Below, piece after piece: positions 1-13,796 of a DNA stretch of 24,000 bases; position 1 is the stretch's first letter; each line of letters begins with the position of its first letter. The position numbers and the translations under genes were made by a program. This DNA is from Salmonella enterica subsp. houtenae serovar Houten (GTDB lineage: Bacteria > Pseudomonadota > Gammaproteobacteria > Enterobacterales > Enterobacteriaceae): contig LS483478.1 of the NCBI GenBank assembly GCA_900478215.1, forward strand, positions 1,353,831 through 1,377,830. Reading direction: 5' to 3'. A model generated the notes under the pieces. That model saw only the letters and a program-made list of their open reading frames with translations. It ran no database searches and was not told the DNA's origin.

Positions 1-601
<601 letters not shown>

Positions 602-615
602 AGATCGAAAGAAAG

Positions 616-645
616 CAGGCCCGATGCGTTGGCGTCATCGGGCTG
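616..645. terminator. Stem-loop between convergent mntH and ypeC, probably a bidirectional terminator
   Basis: GCCCGATG (619-626) pairs with CATCGGGC (636-643) around a 9-nt loop. The flank is T-rich on the minus strand (complement of AAGATCGAAAGAAAG) and reads TTATT on the plus strand. Confidence 0.6.
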
Positions 646-661
646 TTATTCAGCAGGAGGC

Positions 662-988
662 TTAGTGGTGATGTTTATGACCCCGGCCTCGCCCGCGATG
701 ATCGTCACGATCGCGCCAGCCTTCCCGATAACCGCGTTCATATGCTTTCTGCTTATCCCAGCCGCGATGATAGCCGTTATCATGGCGCCACCAGCGATTT
801 TTACGCCATTCATAATGGTTGTGCCAGTAATCCCGATCGCGCCAGCGACCGCCGTCCCAGTAGTTACCGTAATCATCGCGATCGCCAATCTGTAATTTTA
901 TTGAGGGCAACAGGGTGATTTCACCCGCACTCGCGGCAAGCGGTGTAAAAGCCAGCAAGGCTGCCGCCAGAATCAGTGACCTGAACAT
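662..988 (-). CDS. ypeC: Secreted DUF2502-family protein YpeC (signal peptide, W/R/D/H-rich repeats, His-rich tail)
   Basis: 108-aa ORF with N-terminal signal peptide [21 protein letters not shown]. It sits between mntH and the next genes as ypeC does in E. coli K-12. The composition ([15 protein letters not shown]) matches recalled YpeC. Confidence 0.85.
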   Translation of the reverse strand: MFRSLILAAALLAFTPLAASAGEITLLPSIKLQIGDRDDYGNYWDGGRWRDRDYWHNHYEWRKNRWWRHDNGYHRGWDKQKAYERGYREGWRDRDDHRGRGRGHKHHH

Positions 989-1101
989 ACTTTCTCTCCT
1001 TCACGATCGAGCCGTAACCGGTCTGTTAATGCAATATTACAAAGCAGTAAAGATTTGTTTCATCGCCTTAACTCTTAAATCATGAAGGAGCGCATTTTTT
1101 G

Positions 1102-2100
1102 CTAAAACCGGCCATCCAGAATAGCGTCAATTTCTGCACATTCCGTGGCTGAAAAACGGCGATTTGCCAGCATTCCTACGGCATCTTCGATTTGCGACGG
1201 TTTGCTGGCGCCAATCAGTACCGACGTAACGTTATCGTTACGCAGCACCCAGGCGAGCGCCATCTGAGACAATTTTTGGCCGCGCCGCGCCGCCAGTTCA
1301 TTCAACTGGCGAACTTTTTCCAGTTTGTCGGCGGTAATCTGTTCTGGTTTAAGGAAACGGCTTCCGCTCGCCGCGCGGGAATCTTCCGGAATGCCATTCA
1401 GATAACGGTCAGTGAGCTGCCCGCCCGCCAGCGGCGAGAAGGCAATACTACCGACCCCCTTTTCCTGCAACAGCGCCAGCAGCCCGTCCTCTACCCAACG
1501 CTCAAAAAGCGAATATTTAGGTTGATGAATCAGGCAAGGCGTGCCGAGATCCTCCAGAATATCGATAGCTTGTCTGGCCCGATCGGCAGGATAGTTAGAG
1601 ATCCCCACGTACAACGCTTTGCCCTGGCGCACAAGGTGATCCAACGCTTTCATCGTCTCTTTAAGCGGCGTTTCGGGATCGGGACGATGGTGATAAAAGA
1701 TATCGACATACTCCAGCCCCATCCGTTTCAGGCTTTGATCGAGGCTGGCGATAAGATACTTCCGCGATCCCCAGTCGCCATAAGGACCATCCCACATGGT
1801 ATAGCCCGCTTTGGTGGAGATGACCAACTCATCGCGCCACGGTAAAAAATCTTCCTGCAGAATGCGGCCAAAATTGCATTCTGCGGAGCCCGGCGGCGGG
1901 CCGTAATTATTGGCAAGATCAAAGTGGGTAATCCCCAGATCGAACGCGCGTTGCAGCAGCGCCCGGCTATTTTCTACCCGTGTCGCATCGCCGAAGTTGT
2001 GCCATAACCCCAGCGAAATGGCGGGAAGTTTGATGCCACTGCGCCCGCAGCGACGATACTCCATTGTGTGATAACGATTCTCATCGGGCTGATAGACCAT
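1102..2100 (-). CDS. Aldo-keto reductase, YghZ/Gpr-like (L-glyceraldehyde-3-phosphate reductase family)
   Basis: 332-aa ORF with ATG at 2098-2100 preceded by GGGGGAAAGG. Long colinear similarity to recalled E. coli YghZ (LGLWHNFG, GITHFDLANNYGPPPGSAE, YVDIFYHHRPD, VLIGAS). Confidence 0.9.
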   Translation of the reverse strand: MVYQPDENRYHTMEYRRCGRSGIKLPAISLGLWHNFGDATRVENSRALLQRAFDLGITHFDLANNYGPPPGSAECNFGRILQEDFLPWRDELVISTKAGYTMWDGPYGDWGSRKYLIASLDQSLKRMGLEYVDIFYHHRPDPETPLKETMKALDHLVRQGKALYVGISNYPADRARQAIDILEDLGTPCLIHQPKYSLFERWVEDGLLALLQEKGVGSIAFSPLAGGQLTDRYLNGIPEDSRAASGSRFLKPEQITADKLEKVRQLNELAARRGQKLSQMALAWVLRNDNVTSVLIGASKPSQIEDAVGMLANRRFSATECAEIDAILDGRF

Positions 2101-2126
2101 AACCTTTCCCCCTGTGGCGTGAATAA

Positions 2127-3945
<1,819 letters not shown>

Positions 3946-3951
3946 GCCAGA

Positions 3952-5187
3952 TTAGGGTTCGTGACGGTTGGCGGCCAGCAACGGTTTTCCCGCCAGCAAT
4001 AGCCAGGCGGGGAGCATCACAATGCAGAGCAGCGGCAGCAGATTGGTATCCGGTACGACGACTGCCGCCATAAACAGACTGAGCCAGCCGTCTCGCGTCA
4101 CTACCAACACTAAGCCAAGAATCGCGCAGGAGACGGTAATCGCCGCGGGTACGGCCTCAACATGGGCATGGAGCATGAGCCCCAGTGCTGCGCCGATAAA
4201 CACAGCCGGAAAAATGCGCCCGCCGCGAAAGCCGCTCGCCGCCGCGATGACCAGCGCGGCGAGTTTGACGACGGCTAAGGTAAAATAATCTCCCGCGCCC
4301 AGCGTCTGGCTAAACGCCATTTGTTGCATTTCGTCCAGCCCTTTAAACAGGGTAAGCGGCCCGCCAATGACGCCCAGGATACCCAGTATAAAACCGCCAA
4401 TGCCGAGAATCAGGACCGGATTTTTCAGCCGGTGCAGCAACTCATGCAGACGCGGAAGGCACCAGACGGCGACCATCCCAGCGGCAATGGCGATCGCCGC
4501 GACGATCGCTCCGCTGGCAATGTCCACCAGCCGCATCTGCGTGTAATGGGCGATGGGTAACGAAAAATGCGGATGAAAGAACAGGCTGGTGGTAAGTGAC
4601 CCCGCCGCTGCCGCCATTAACGGCGCAAACAGGCGATCCCACATGGGAACATCGTTAGAGCCGCTAAGTGTTTGCGAAAAAATCAGCGCCGCGGCGACGG
4701 GCGTGCCGAACAGCGCGCCGATAGTGCCCGCCGAGGCCAGAATCGTCCAGTCTAACGTTGTAATACGCGGAAACAGGCGGGAGCCGAAAGCCACCGCCAG
4801 CGCGATATTTATTGTCATTATCGGATGCTCTGGCCCCAAACTTACCCCACCGGCAAGGCCGATGATTAAGGCGAGAAGCAGTCCAGGCAGCGCAGATGGC
4901 GAGACCGGCATACTGATTAACGGTTCGATGGCCGGATCGGGGCCAGCGTGTCCGGGACTGTAACGGATAATCAAACCCACCACGATCCCGGTTAGCGTGA
5001 GCATACCCACTATCCAGAACGGCGAATCATAAGCGATTCCGATGCTGGCGGGCAGTCGTTGCCAAAGAAATTGCTGAAAAACCGACGCGACTTTCATCGC
5101 GGCGATTAGAATCAGGCTTGACGCTACGCCAATAATCAGTGCAGGGAGCGACAGCAGCAGCATCGTTCGGGCACGCGGGTGGAGCAT
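3952..5187 (-). CDS. yfeO: ClC-family voltage-gated chloride-channel-like ion transport protein YfeO
   Basis: 411 aa from ATG 5185-5187 ([16 protein letters not shown]...) with AAGGAAGAG upstream. Colinear with recalled E. coli YfeO, polytopic and hydrophobic. The ORF-track start 13 codons upstream is not conserved. Confidence 0.9.
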   Translation of the reverse strand: MLHPRARTMLLLSLPALIIGVASSLILIAAMKVASVFQQFLWQRLPASIGIAYDSPFWIVGMLTLTGIVVGLIIRYSPGHAGPDPAIEPLISMPVSPSALPGLLLALIIGLAGGVSLGPEHPIMTINIALAVAFGSRLFPRITTLDWTILASAGTIGALFGTPVAAALIFSQTLSGSNDVPMWDRLFAPLMAAAAGSLTTSLFFHPHFSLPIAHYTQMRLVDIASGAIVAAIAIAAGMVAVWCLPRLHELLHRLKNPVLILGIGGFILGILGVIGGPLTLFKGLDEMQQMAFSQTLGAGDYFTLAVVKLAALVIAAASGFRGGRIFPAVFIGAALGLMLHAHVEAVPAAITVSCAILGLVLVVTRDGWLSLFMAAVVVPDTNLLPLLCIVMLPAWLLLAGKPLLAANRHEP

Positions 5188-5390
5188 AATCTCTTCCTTA
5201 CACGGGGTCGTATACCTATTTTGCACAGCCTGCCCGATGGCATTGCTGCAATTGGTGCTGAAACAAGAAAGTAATTCTGTGATGAAGATCTATATTTATA
5301 GGCAGTCAGCCTGATGGCCGTTGTTGTTATGTCCCCATGAATTTACAGTGTGACAAAGACTTATTTTGACTTTAGCGGAGCAGTAGAAGA

Positions 5391-6356
5391 ATGACAAAGT
5401 ATGCTTTAGTAGGAGATGTAGGCGGCACAAATGCGCGTCTTGCCCTGTGTGATATCGCCAGTGGAGAAATCTCGCAGGCCAAAACGTATTCCGGTCTGGA
5501 TTATCCCAGCCTTGAGGCTGTGGTGCGCGTTTATCTCGATGAGCATAGCGTCAGCGTGGAGGATGGTTGTATCGCCATAGCCTGTCCGATTACCGGCGAC
5601 TGGGTGGCGATGACCAACCATACCTGGGCTTTTTCTATTGCGGAAATGAAAAAAAATCTCGGCTTTAGTCATCTGGAAATCATCAACGATTTCACCGCCG
5701 TGTCGATGGCGATCCCGATGCTGAAAAAAGAGCATTTAATTCAGTTCGGCGGCGGTGAACCGGTAGACGGTAAACCCATTGCGGTGTATGGCGCAGGAAC
5801 CGGGTTGGGCGTGGCGCATCTGGTGCATGTGGATAAGCGTTGGATTAGCCTTCCGGGCGAAGGCGGGCATGTCGATTTTGCGCCTAATAGCGAAGAAGAA
5901 GCTATGATTCTGGAAATATTGCGCGCCGAAATTGGCCACGTCTCCGCCGAGCGCGTGTTGTCCGGACCGGGGCTGGTGAATCTTTACCGGGCGATTGTTA
6001 AGTCCGATAACCGTCTGCCGGAAAATCTGCGCCCGAAAGATATTACCGCGCGCGCCCTGGCGGATAACTGTACCGATTGTCGCCGCGCGTTGTCGCTCTT
6101 TTGCGTCATCATGGGACGATTTGGCGGCGATCTGGCATTAACCATGGGAACGTTTGGCGGCGTGTATATCGCTGGCGGCATTGTCCCGCGCTTCCTGGAA
6201 TTTTTTAAAGCGTCTGGCTTCCGTGGTGGCTTTGAAGATAAAGGCCGCTTTAAAGATTATGTACACGGTATTCCGGTCTATCTGATTGTCCATGATAATC
6301 CTGGCTTGTTAGGTTCCGGCGCGCATCTGCGCCAGACATTAGGTCATATTTTATAA
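5391..6356 (+). CDS. glk: Glucokinase
   Basis: 321 aa, [21 protein letters not shown]..., essentially identical to recalled enterobacterial Glk. The ROK-like ATP-binding N-terminus is present. Confidence 0.97.
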   Translation: MTKYALVGDVGGTNARLALCDIASGEISQAKTYSGLDYPSLEAVVRVYLDEHSVSVEDGCIAIACPITGDWVAMTNHTWAFSIAEMKKNLGFSHLEIINDFTAVSMAIPMLKKEHLIQFGGGEPVDGKPIAVYGAGTGLGVAHLVHVDKRWISLPGEGGHVDFAPNSEEEAMILEILRAEIGHVSAERVLSGPGLVNLYRAIVKSDNRLPENLRPKDITARALADNCTDCRRALSLFCVIMGRFGGDLALTMGTFGGVYIAGGIVPRFLEFFKASGFRGGFEDKGRFKDYVHGIPVYLIVHDNPGLLGSGAHLRQTLGHIL

Positions 6357-6391
6357 GCCAGATGGCGGCATAAATACTTTATCCGGCCTAC
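6357..6391. repeat. REP (repetitive extragenic palindromic) element downstream of glk
   Basis: GCCAGATGGCGGCATAAATACTTTATCCGGCCTAC resembles the REP consensus, which ends ...TTATCCGGCCTAC. Confidence 0.6.
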
Positions 6392-6435
6392 AAAAGTGCG
6401 TCACCAGGCAATTAATAATTCTCTTATCAGTCTCA

Positions 6436-6462
6436 AACCGCGTTCCTCACGCGGTTTTTTTT
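6436..6462 (+). terminator. Rho-independent terminator of glk
   Basis: AACCGCG (6436-6442) pairs with CGCGGTT (6450-6456) around a 7-nt loop and is followed by a T8 run. Confidence 0.85.
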
Positions 6463-6496
6463 CGCCTGTTACATGCCATGCCGACACGCGTCACAT

Positions 6497-6511
6497 TTCT
6501 GCTTAGCAGAA
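6497..6511. promoter_or_regulatory. 15-bp palindrome upstream of the fry operon (candidate operator)
   Basis: TTCTGC-TTA-GCAGAA is a perfect 6-3-6 inverted repeat about 95 bp upstream of the fryB ATG. The cognate regulator is unknown. Confidence 0.25.
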
Positions 6512-6604
6512 TTATTTGTCCAGTAAAAGCATTATTCATCTGGTAACAATCGTTGGCTTCCCACTGACATAATTTCTCTCGTTAACTATTACGAGGAAAA
6601 CGTT

Positions 6605-6931
6605 ATGACTAAGAAACTGATTGCCGTTTGCGCGTGTCCGATGGGCCTGGCTCACACCTTTATGGCGGCGCAGGCGTTGGAAGAGGCGGCGGTAGAAGCG
6701 GGATATGAAGTCAAAATCGAAACCCAGGGCGCTGATGGTATTCAAAACCGTCTCACGGCGCAGGATATTGCCGAAGCGACGTTAATTATCCATTCCGTAG
6801 CAGTAACGCCGGAAGATAACGAGCGTTTTGAATCACGCGATGTATACGAGATCACGCTTCAGGATGCCATTAAAAATGCTGCGGGCATTATCAAAGAAAT
6901 TGAAGAGATGATTGCCGACGAACAACCGTAA
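6605..6931 (+). CDS. fryB: PTS fructose-like enzyme IIB component
   Basis: 108 aa, MTKKLIAVCACPMGLAHTFMAAQALEEAA..., with the phospho-cysteine motif CACPMG. GAGGA lies 8 nt upstream. The position after glk matches K-12. Confidence 0.9.
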   Translation: MTKKLIAVCACPMGLAHTFMAAQALEEAAVEAGYEVKIETQGADGIQNRLTAQDIAEATLIIHSVAVTPEDNERFESRDVYEITLQDAIKNAAGIIKEIEEMIADEQP

Positions 6932-6951
6932 TTCTCGACAGGGATACAGAT

Positions 6952-8199
6952 ATGGCCATTAAAAAACGCAGTGCGACTGTTGTGCCCGGCGCATCCGGCG
7001 CGGCAGCGACCATTAAAAAAACCGAGGCCTCCCGCAACAGTTTCTGGGGCGAGCTACCGCAGCACGTCATGTCCGGTATTTCGCGCATGGTGCCAACGTT
7101 AATCATGGGCGGGGTGATCCTCGCTTTCTCGCAGTTGATTGCCTATAGCTGGCTGGACATTCCCGCCGATACCAGCATCATGGACGCGTTGAACAGCGGA
7201 AAATTCGCTGGTTTTAACCTCTCCTTGTTGAAGTTCGCCTGGCTATCGCAATCTTTCGGCGGCGTGTTGTTTGGTTTCGCCATCCCGATGTTCGCTGCCT
7301 TTGTGGCGAACTCTATCGGCGGCAAACTGGCGTTTCCGGCTGGTTTTATCGGCGGTTTGATGTCCACTCAGCCAACGCAGGTGCTGAATTTTGATCCGGC
7401 CAGCCTGCATTGGGTGACCGCCGCGCCAGTCCCGTCAACCTTTATCGGCGCGTTGATTATTTCTATCGTCGCGGGATATCTGGTGAAGTGGATGAACCAA
7501 AAAATCCAGTTGCCTGACTTTCTGTTGGCCTTTAAGACCACCTTTTTACTGCCGATTCTCTCCGCCATTGTTGTGATGCTGGCGATGTACTACGTGATTA
7601 CGCCCTTTGGCGGCTGGATCAATGGCGGAATTCGCACGTTGCTCACCGCGGCGGGTGAAAAGGGGGCATTAATGTACGCGATGGGAATCGCCGCCGCGAC
7701 TGCCATCGACCTCGGCGGCCCCATTAACAAAGCCGCAGGATTTGTTGCCTTCAGTTTTACCACAGACCATGTGTTGCCGGTGACGGCGCGTTCCATCGCG
7801 ATTGTCATCCCGCCGATTGGTCTGGGGCTGGCGACGCTGCTCGACCGTCGTCTGACCGGTAAACGTCTGTTCAGCGCGCAGCTTTATCCGCAGGGCAAGA
7901 CGGCGATGTTCCTGGCATTTATGGGGATCAGCGAAGGGGCGATTCCATTTGCGCTGGAAAGCCCGATCACCGCTATCCCGTCTTACATGGTCGGCGCCAT
8001 CGTGGGTTCGACGTTCTCCGTCTGGCTGGGCGCGGTGCAATGGTTCCCTGAGTCGGCAATCTGGGCGTGGCCGCTGGTAAGCCATCTCGGCGTCTATATC
8101 GCGGGCATTTTACTGGGCGCGGTCATTACGGCGCTGATGGTGGTCTTCTTGCGCCATATGATGTACCGGCGGGGTAAATTGCTGATTGAAAGTCTGTGA
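6952..8199 (+). CDS. fryC: PTS fructose-like enzyme IIC permease
   Basis: 415 aa, colinear with recalled E. coli FryC ([19 protein letters not shown]...), polytopic membrane protein. Confidence 0.92.
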   Translation: MAIKKRSATVVPGASGAAATIKKTEASRNSFWGELPQHVMSGISRMVPTLIMGGVILAFSQLIAYSWLDIPADTSIMDALNSGKFAGFNLSLLKFAWLSQSFGGVLFGFAIPMFAAFVANSIGGKLAFPAGFIGGLMSTQPTQVLNFDPASLHWVTAAPVPSTFIGALIISIVAGYLVKWMNQKIQLPDFLLAFKTTFLLPILSAIVVMLAMYYVITPFGGWINGGIRTLLTAAGEKGALMYAMGIAAATAIDLGGPINKAAGFVAFSFTTDHVLPVTARSIAIVIPPIGLGLATLLDRRLTGKRLFSAQLYPQGKTAMFLAFMGISEGAIPFALESPITAIPSYMVGAIVGSTFSVWLGAVQWFPESAIWAWPLVSHLGVYIAGILLGAVITALMVVFLRHMMYRRGKLLIESL

Positions 8200-8215
8200 A
8201 ATAAGGACCGATAAC

Positions 8216-9298
8216 ATGACGCGACTGACATTGCTTCGCCAATGGCTCACCGAGCGCCAATTAGATGCGGTACTGATCTCCTCGCGCCCGAACAAGCAGC
8301 CGCATCTGGGCATTTCCAGCAGCTCAGGATTTGTCCTGATCAGCCGTCAACATGCGCATATTTTGGTTGATGCCCGTTATTACGCCGATGTGAAAGCGCG
8401 CGCGAACGGATATTGCATACATCTGCTCGGCGGGCAGCAGACGCTGGCGTCGCTGGTGAATCAGATTATCGCTGCGGAAAATCTGCAAACGGTCGGCTTT
8501 GAAGGCGCGCAGGTCAGTTGGGAGACGGCGCGTCGCTGGCAGACGGAACTGCGGGCCACCATGATCAGCGTCTCCATTGACGCGCTGCGGCGTATTAAAA
8601 CGGCGATGGAAATTGATCGTATTCGTGAAGCGTGTCGCATTGCTGATGCGGGTGCGGAACACATTCGCCGCTTTATCGCGCCAGGCCAGAGCGAGCGAGA
8701 AATCGCCGCTGAACTGGAGTGGTTTATGCGCCAGCGCGGCGCGGAGAAAGCCTCTTTCGATACGATTGTCGCCAGCGGCTGGCGCGGCGCGCTGCCGCAC
8801 GGTAAAGCCAGCGATAAAATCGTGGCGGCGGGGGAATGGATAACGCTCGATTTCGGCGCGTTGTATCAGGGATATTGTTCCGATATGACCCGAACTTTTC
8901 TGGTGCCCGGCGCGGGCGCGCCGCAGGAGCATCCGCTGTTTCCCGTCTATCATATTGTCCTTGAGGCGCAGCTTGCCGCCATTGCAGCTATCCGTCCGGG
9001 CGCGCGCTGTCTGACGGTGGATGCCGCCGCGCGCGACGTTATCGACCGGGCGGGGTACGGCGAGTTTTTCGCCCATAACACCGGCCATTCTATCGGCATT
9101 GAAGTACATGAAGATCCATGCTTTTCGCCTGATGACCACACCGTACTCGCACCGGGAATGCTACTGACCGTGGAGCCGGGCATTTATCTGCCGGAGCAGG
9201 GCGGGGTACGCATCGAAGATGTTGTACTGGTCACGCTGGAAGGCGTGGAAGTGCTCTATTCCCTGCCGAAAACCGTATTACTGACAGGAGCCGCATGA
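8216..9298 (+). CDS. ypdF: Xaa-Pro aminopeptidase (M24 family) YpdF
   Basis: 360 aa from ATG 8216 ([20 protein letters not shown]...), with AAGGA upstream. The M24 motifs [13 protein letters not shown] and VRIEDVV are present. The track start at 8186 is a TTG inside the fryC stop region. Confidence 0.9.
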   Translation: MTRLTLLRQWLTERQLDAVLISSRPNKQPHLGISSSSGFVLISRQHAHILVDARYYADVKARANGYCIHLLGGQQTLASLVNQIIAAENLQTVGFEGAQVSWETARRWQTELRATMISVSIDALRRIKTAMEIDRIREACRIADAGAEHIRRFIAPGQSEREIAAELEWFMRQRGAEKASFDTIVASGWRGALPHGKASDKIVAAGEWITLDFGALYQGYCSDMTRTFLVPGAGAPQEHPLFPVYHIVLEAQLAAIAAIRPGARCLTVDAAARDVIDRAGYGEFFAHNTGHSIGIEVHEDPCFSPDDHTVLAPGMLLTVEPGIYLPEQGGVRIEDVVLVTLEGVEVLYSLPKTVLLTGAA

Positions 9299-10338
9299 TG
9301 GATTTATCGCTACTGAAAGCGCTGTGCGAGGCGGATGCGATCGCCGCGTCAGAACAGGAGGTTCGCCAGATCTTACTCGACGAAGCGGATCGCCTGCATA
9401 AAGAGGCGCGCTTCGATGGCTTAGGATCGGTATTGATCCGACTTAATGCCTCGGATGGCCCGAAAGTCATGATCTGCGCGCACATGGATGAAGTGGGATT
9501 TATGGTGCGCAGTATCTCCGGCGAGGGGGCGATTGATGTGCTGCCGGTGGGCAATGTGCGGATGGCGGCGCGTCAGCTCCAGCCGGTCCGTATCACCACG
9601 CGGGAGGAGTGCAAAATTCCCGGCCTGCTTGATGGCGAGCGCAGCGGCAACGAGGTGAGCGGACTGCGGGTCGATATTGGCGCGCGTTCTTATGACGAGG
9701 TAATACAGGCGGGGATTTGTCCCGGCGATCGTGTGACCTTTGATAGCGCGTTTCAGGTGTTGCCGCATCAGCGGGTGATGGGTAAAGCCTTTGATGACAG
9801 GCTTGGTTGCTATCTGCTGATAGCGTTGCTGCGTGAATGGCACGATGCGGAATTACCGGCGGAAATCTGGCTGGCGGCCAGTTCCAGCGAAGAGGTGGGA
9901 TTACGCGGCGGTCAAACAGCGGCCAGCGCCGTTGCGCCGGATTTAGCCATCGTACTGGATACCGCCTGTTGGGCGAAAAACTTTGATTATGGCGCGGCGA
10001 ACCATCGGCAAATTGGCCAGGGACCGATGCTGGTGTTGAGTGATAAGTCGCTGATTGCGCCGCCAAAATTAACCGCCTGGATTGAGTGCATCGCAGCGCA
10101 GGCGGGGATACCGCTACAGTTGGATATGTTCAGCAACGGCGGAACGGATGGCGGGGCGGTACATCTGAGCGGAACGGGCATCCCGACGGTGGTGCTTGGT
10201 CCGGCAACCCGCCATGGACATTGTGCCGCCTCGATTGCCGACTGTCGCGACATTCTGCAGACACAGCAGTTGCTGTCGGCGCTGATTACCGGTTTTACGC
10301 GCGATACTGTGGCTCGCCTGACGGATTTCAGGTGCTGA
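9298..10338 (+). CDS. ypdE: M42-family aminopeptidase YpdE
   Basis: [27 protein letters not shown]... is colinear with recalled E. coli YpdE. The ATGATG at 9295-9300 overlaps the ypdF TGA. AGGAG spacing favours 9298, but 9295 is possible. Confidence 0.9.
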   Translation: MDLSLLKALCEADAIAASEQEVRQILLDEADRLHKEARFDGLGSVLIRLNASDGPKVMICAHMDEVGFMVRSISGEGAIDVLPVGNVRMAARQLQPVRITTREECKIPGLLDGERSGNEVSGLRVDIGARSYDEVIQAGICPGDRVTFDSAFQVLPHQRVMGKAFDDRLGCYLLIALLREWHDAELPAEIWLAASSSEEVGLRGGQTAASAVAPDLAIVLDTACWAKNFDYGAANHRQIGQGPMLVLSDKSLIAPPKLTAWIECIAAQAGIPLQLDMFSNGGTDGGAVHLSGTGIPTVVLGPATRHGHCAASIADCRDILQTQQLLSALITGFTRDTVARLTDFRC

Positions 10339-10359
10339 TTTCGCGCTAAAGGAGTAGTT

Positions 10360-12855
10360 ATGTTAACGATTGAATTTCTCTGCCCGCTACCTAACGGTAT
10401 TCATGCGCGTCCCGCGTGGGAGCTGAAGGAACAGTGCAGCCAGTGGCAAAGTGACATCACTTTTATTAATCATCGCCAGAATACGCGGGCGGATGCGAAA
10501 AGTTCGCTGGCGCTTATCGGCACCAGTACGCTGTTCAATGATAGCTGCGTTCTGAATATTAGCGGGCGTGATGAAGAACAGGCTAAGCGATCGCTGGAGG
10601 CCTGGCTTGTGCGCCATTTTATCGACAGCGATAGCGTTCAGCCAGGGCCAGCCGAACTGGCGGCGCATCCGCTGCCGCGATCGCTGCTTCGCCTGAATCC
10701 GGATTTGCTGTACGGCGAGGTGCTGGCAAGCGGCGTGGGCGAGGGGATTCTGACGCTGTGGCAGAGCGATAATCTGGAAGGCTACCGTACCATTCCTGCG
10801 AACGCTGAAGATCTTACCCGCCTTGAAAATAGCCTGGCGACGCTGGCGGAGCAGCTTAATCAACAGCTTCGCGAGCGTGACGGCGAGAGTAAAACCATTT
10901 TAAGCGCTCATCTATCGCTGATTCAGGATGATGAGTTTGTGGGGAACATTCGTCGCTTAATGGTGGAACGCCATCTGGCGCTGGGAGCGGCGATTATTGC
11001 CAATATGGAGCAGGTTTGTAGCCAGCTTTCGGCCTCGGCAAGCGATTACCTGCGCGAGCGGGTAAGCGATATTCGTGATATTACCGAGCAGTTGTTGCGC
11101 ATTACCTGGCCTGAAAAACAGCCGCGTAATGCGCTGGTGCTAATGCATCCTACTATTCTGGTGGCGGAAGACTTAACGCCCAGCCAGTTTTTAAGCCTCG
11201 ATTTACAGTATCTGTCCGGCATGATCCTGGAAAAGACCGGCCGGACGTCACATACTTTGATTCTGGCGCGCGCCTCCGCGATCCCGGTGCTTAGCGGGCT
11301 CTCTGCCGAAGCCATTGGCCGTTATGCGACCCGGTCTGCGGTGTTGGACGCGCAGACCGGCGTACTGGCGGTTAGTCCGGATACCTCGGTGCGCGGCTAT
11401 TACGCCGTGGCGCAGAAGCTGGCGGATAAACGGCAACAGCGGCAGGCGTGCGATGCGGCGCTGTTAGCCTGTACGCAGGACAACCAGCGTATCGATATTG
11501 CGGCGAATATTGGCACCGCGCTGGAGGCGCCTGGCGCGTTTTCCAACGGCGCGGAAGGCATTGGCCTGTTTCGTACCGAAATGCTATTTATGGATCGCGA
11601 CAGCGCGCCGGATGAGCAAGAGCAGTTTGAAGCCTACCAACAGGTTTTGCTGGCGGCGGGCGAAAAGCCTGTGATTTTCCGCACCATGGATATTGGCGGC
11701 GATAAAAATATCTGCTATCTCAATATTCCGCAGGAAGAGAACCCTTTTCTTGGCTACCGTGCGGTGCGCATCTATCCTGAGTTTGCCGGACTTTTTCGCA
11801 CCCAGCTTCGCGCAATTTTGCGGGCCGCTGTTTTCGGTCATGCGTAGTTGATGATTCCGATGGTGCATAGTCTTGACCAGATTTTATGGGTAAAAAGCGA
11901 GCTGAAAAAGGCGATTGCGGAGCTGAAAGTAGAAAGGCTGCGTCACGCGCAGGATATCCCGTTGGGGATTATGGTTGAGGTGCCGTCGGTCTGTTACATC
12001 ATTGATCATTTCTGCGATGAGGTGGATTTCTTTAGCATCGGTTCGAACGATATGACGCAATATCTGTACGCCGTCGATCGTAATAATCCGCGTGTCTCGC
12101 CGCTGTATAATCCGATTACGCCATCGTTTTTACGCATGTTGCGGCAGATTATCCATGTTGCCCATGAGCGAGGAAAATGGGTTGGTATTTGCGGCGAACT
12201 GGGCGGAGAAAGCCGCTATTTACCGCTACTTTTGGGACTGGGGCTGGATGAGCTAAGTATGAGCAGCCCACGTATTCCGGCGGTGAAAAGTCAGCTACGT
12301 CATCTGGATAGCCAGGCGTGTCGGGCGCTGGCAAGTCAGGCTTGCGAGTGCCGCAGCGCCCAGGAGATAGAAGCGTTGCTGAATCAGTTCGCGCCAGAAA
12401 AAGAGGTGCGTCCGCTGTTGGCGCTGGAAAATATCTTTGTCGGCGAGCCGCTCAGTAATAAGGAGCAGGTTATCCAGTTTCTGTGCGGTAATCTTGGCGT
12501 TAACGGGCGTACCGAACATCCGTTTGAACTGGAAGAGGATGTCTGGCAGCGGGAAGAGATTGTGACCACCGCCGTCGGTTTCGGTGTGGCGATCCCCCAT
12601 ACCAAATCGCAATGGATTCGCCACTCGTCGATCAGTATTGCGCGTCTCGCACAGCCCGTAAACTGGCAGTCGGAGATGGGTGACGTAGAGTTGGTGATTA
12701 TGCTGACGCTTGGGGCGGATGAAGGGATAAATCATGTGAAGGTTTTTTCACAGCTCGCCCGTAAGCTGGTGAATAAAAACTTCCGTCAGTCGCTGTTTGC
12801 CGCCAATGATGCTGACAGTATTCTGGCGTTGCTGGAGACGGAGTTAACGTTTTAG
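10360..12855 (+). pseudogene. fryA: Multiphosphoryl transfer protein FryA (HPr-like + enzyme I + IIA-Fru), interrupted by one in-frame TAG at 11845-11847
   Basis: ORFs 10360-11847 and 11848-12855 share a reading frame and together are colinear with recalled 831-aa E. coli FryA. The junction reads ...AAVFGHA-TAG-LMIPMVHSLDQ where E. coli has ...FGNAQLMIPMVHSLDQ, consistent with CAG to TAG. Confidence 0.85.
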
Positions 12856-12867
12856 CATGAGGTAACT

Positions 12868-12932
12868 GCCTGATGGCGCTGCGCTTATCGGGCCTACGTT
12901 CGTGAGTGATGGTAGGCCGCCGCCATCCGGCG
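12868..12932. repeat. Pair of inverted REP elements (BIME-like) between fryA and ypdC
   Basis: GCCTGATGGCGCTGCGCTTATCGGGCCTAC (12868-12897) is followed by GGTAGGCCGCCGCCATCCGGCG (12911-12932) in inverted orientation. Confidence 0.7.
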
Positions 12933-12941
12933 AACGGTTTG

Positions 12942-13796
12942 TTACTGAAACCGCGCGCTGTAATTCCCTGGCGTCAGGCCAAACTGACGTCGGAACAGAC
13001 GGCAAAAATAATCGCTATTCTGATACCCGCAACGCAGCGCGACTTCGTTAATCGGCAAGTGGTATTTCTGCAACATAATGCGCGCTTTCGCCATTCGCAC
13101 CCAGCGAACATACTCCACAAAACTCATCGTGCCATGCTGAGTAAATAGCCTGGACAGGTGGTTGGCGGTGATATTAAAGAACTGCGCGACGCTTTCTCTG
13201 TTTAACGGCTGGGCGTAGTTATCTTGTACCCAGTTACAGATACTGTGATAGAGAAACTCAGTGCGTGGACGGCTGATATCGGGGGGCGTATTCACCACGT
13301 TCCGGCACAAATGCAGGAGGCTGAGCACCAGCGGCTGAATAATATTTTGCTCCTGAGGCGAACGGCTTAAATGGGTAAGCGCGGTCAGCATTGCTTCGCC
13401 TTCACCGCGTTGCAAATGTGGCAATTCGATACGGCGCGCTGGACGTAAAAGTGATGCTGTACGGTTTTCGTAAAACGATAAACCCAGCCAGGAGGGTGCG
13501 AAGACCAGACTAAGCAGCATCACCGGTTTATCGCTAACCGCCAGGTTCGCCGCACGGGCAGGGATAAACAACATTTCGCCTTCCGTCAGCCGACTCTGCG
13601 TTTTTTCCAGTTGATTACCGTATTCTCCGCGCAGGACGATATCCAGCCGGGGCAGGTCGATACATAAACTGCCGGAGGGTAGGGAGGGCGGTTGGCCGGC
13701 AAACCATACGCGTCCTAATCGGTGTGGATTAAGCACCAGACCGCTAAACAGATCGGCAAAAAACTGTTGGTCTGCCGGTAAGTCTGTTTTTTTCAT
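12942..13796 (-). CDS. ypdC: AraC/XylS-family transcriptional regulator YpdC
   Basis: 284 aa from ATG 13794-13796 (MKKTDLPADQQFF...) with AGGAA 5 nt upstream. The C-terminal AraC HTH is present (ESVAQFFNITANHLSRLF ... GYQNSDYFCRLFRRQFGLTPGNY). The track start at 13823 is a TTG. Confidence 0.85.
   Translation of the reverse strand: MKKTDLPADQQFFADLFSGLVLNPHRLGRVWFAGQPPSLPSGSLCIDLPRLDIVLRGEYGNQLEKTQSRLTEGEMLFIPARAANLAVSDKPVMLLSLVFAPSWLGLSFYENRTASLLRPARRIELPHLQRGEGEAMLTALTHLSRSPQEQNIIQPLVLSLLHLCRNVVNTPPDISRPRTEFLYHSICNWVQDNYAQPLNRESVAQFFNITANHLSRLFTQHGTMSFVEYVRWVRMAKARIMLQKYHLPINEVALRCGYQNSDYFCRLFRRQFGLTPGNYSARFQ

Noticed and set aside
629-895. Track ORFs 629-895 (+, 88 aa) and 646-888 (-, 80 aa) overlapping ypeC
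   Set aside because: They are low-complexity A/I/P/V/T-rich translations produced by alternative frames of the repetitive ypeC codons. They have no SD or homology, and the ypeC frame has a signal peptide and synteny support.
5257-5270. GCTGAAAC upstream of glk as a Cra (FruR) operator
   Set aside because: Only the left half-site matches the Cra consensus, and the right half (AAGAAA) does not. That is insufficient for a call.
8324-9139. Long antisense ORF (271 aa) inside ypdF, and similar antisense ORFs in the AKR gene (1192-1845), ipdC, yfeO, ypdE, fryA, alaC (14722-15327) and lpxP
   Set aside because: Their Arg/Ala/Gln-rich composition is typical of the reverse frames of GC-rich genes. Each is fully contained in a well-supported gene on the other strand. 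None has a convincing start context.
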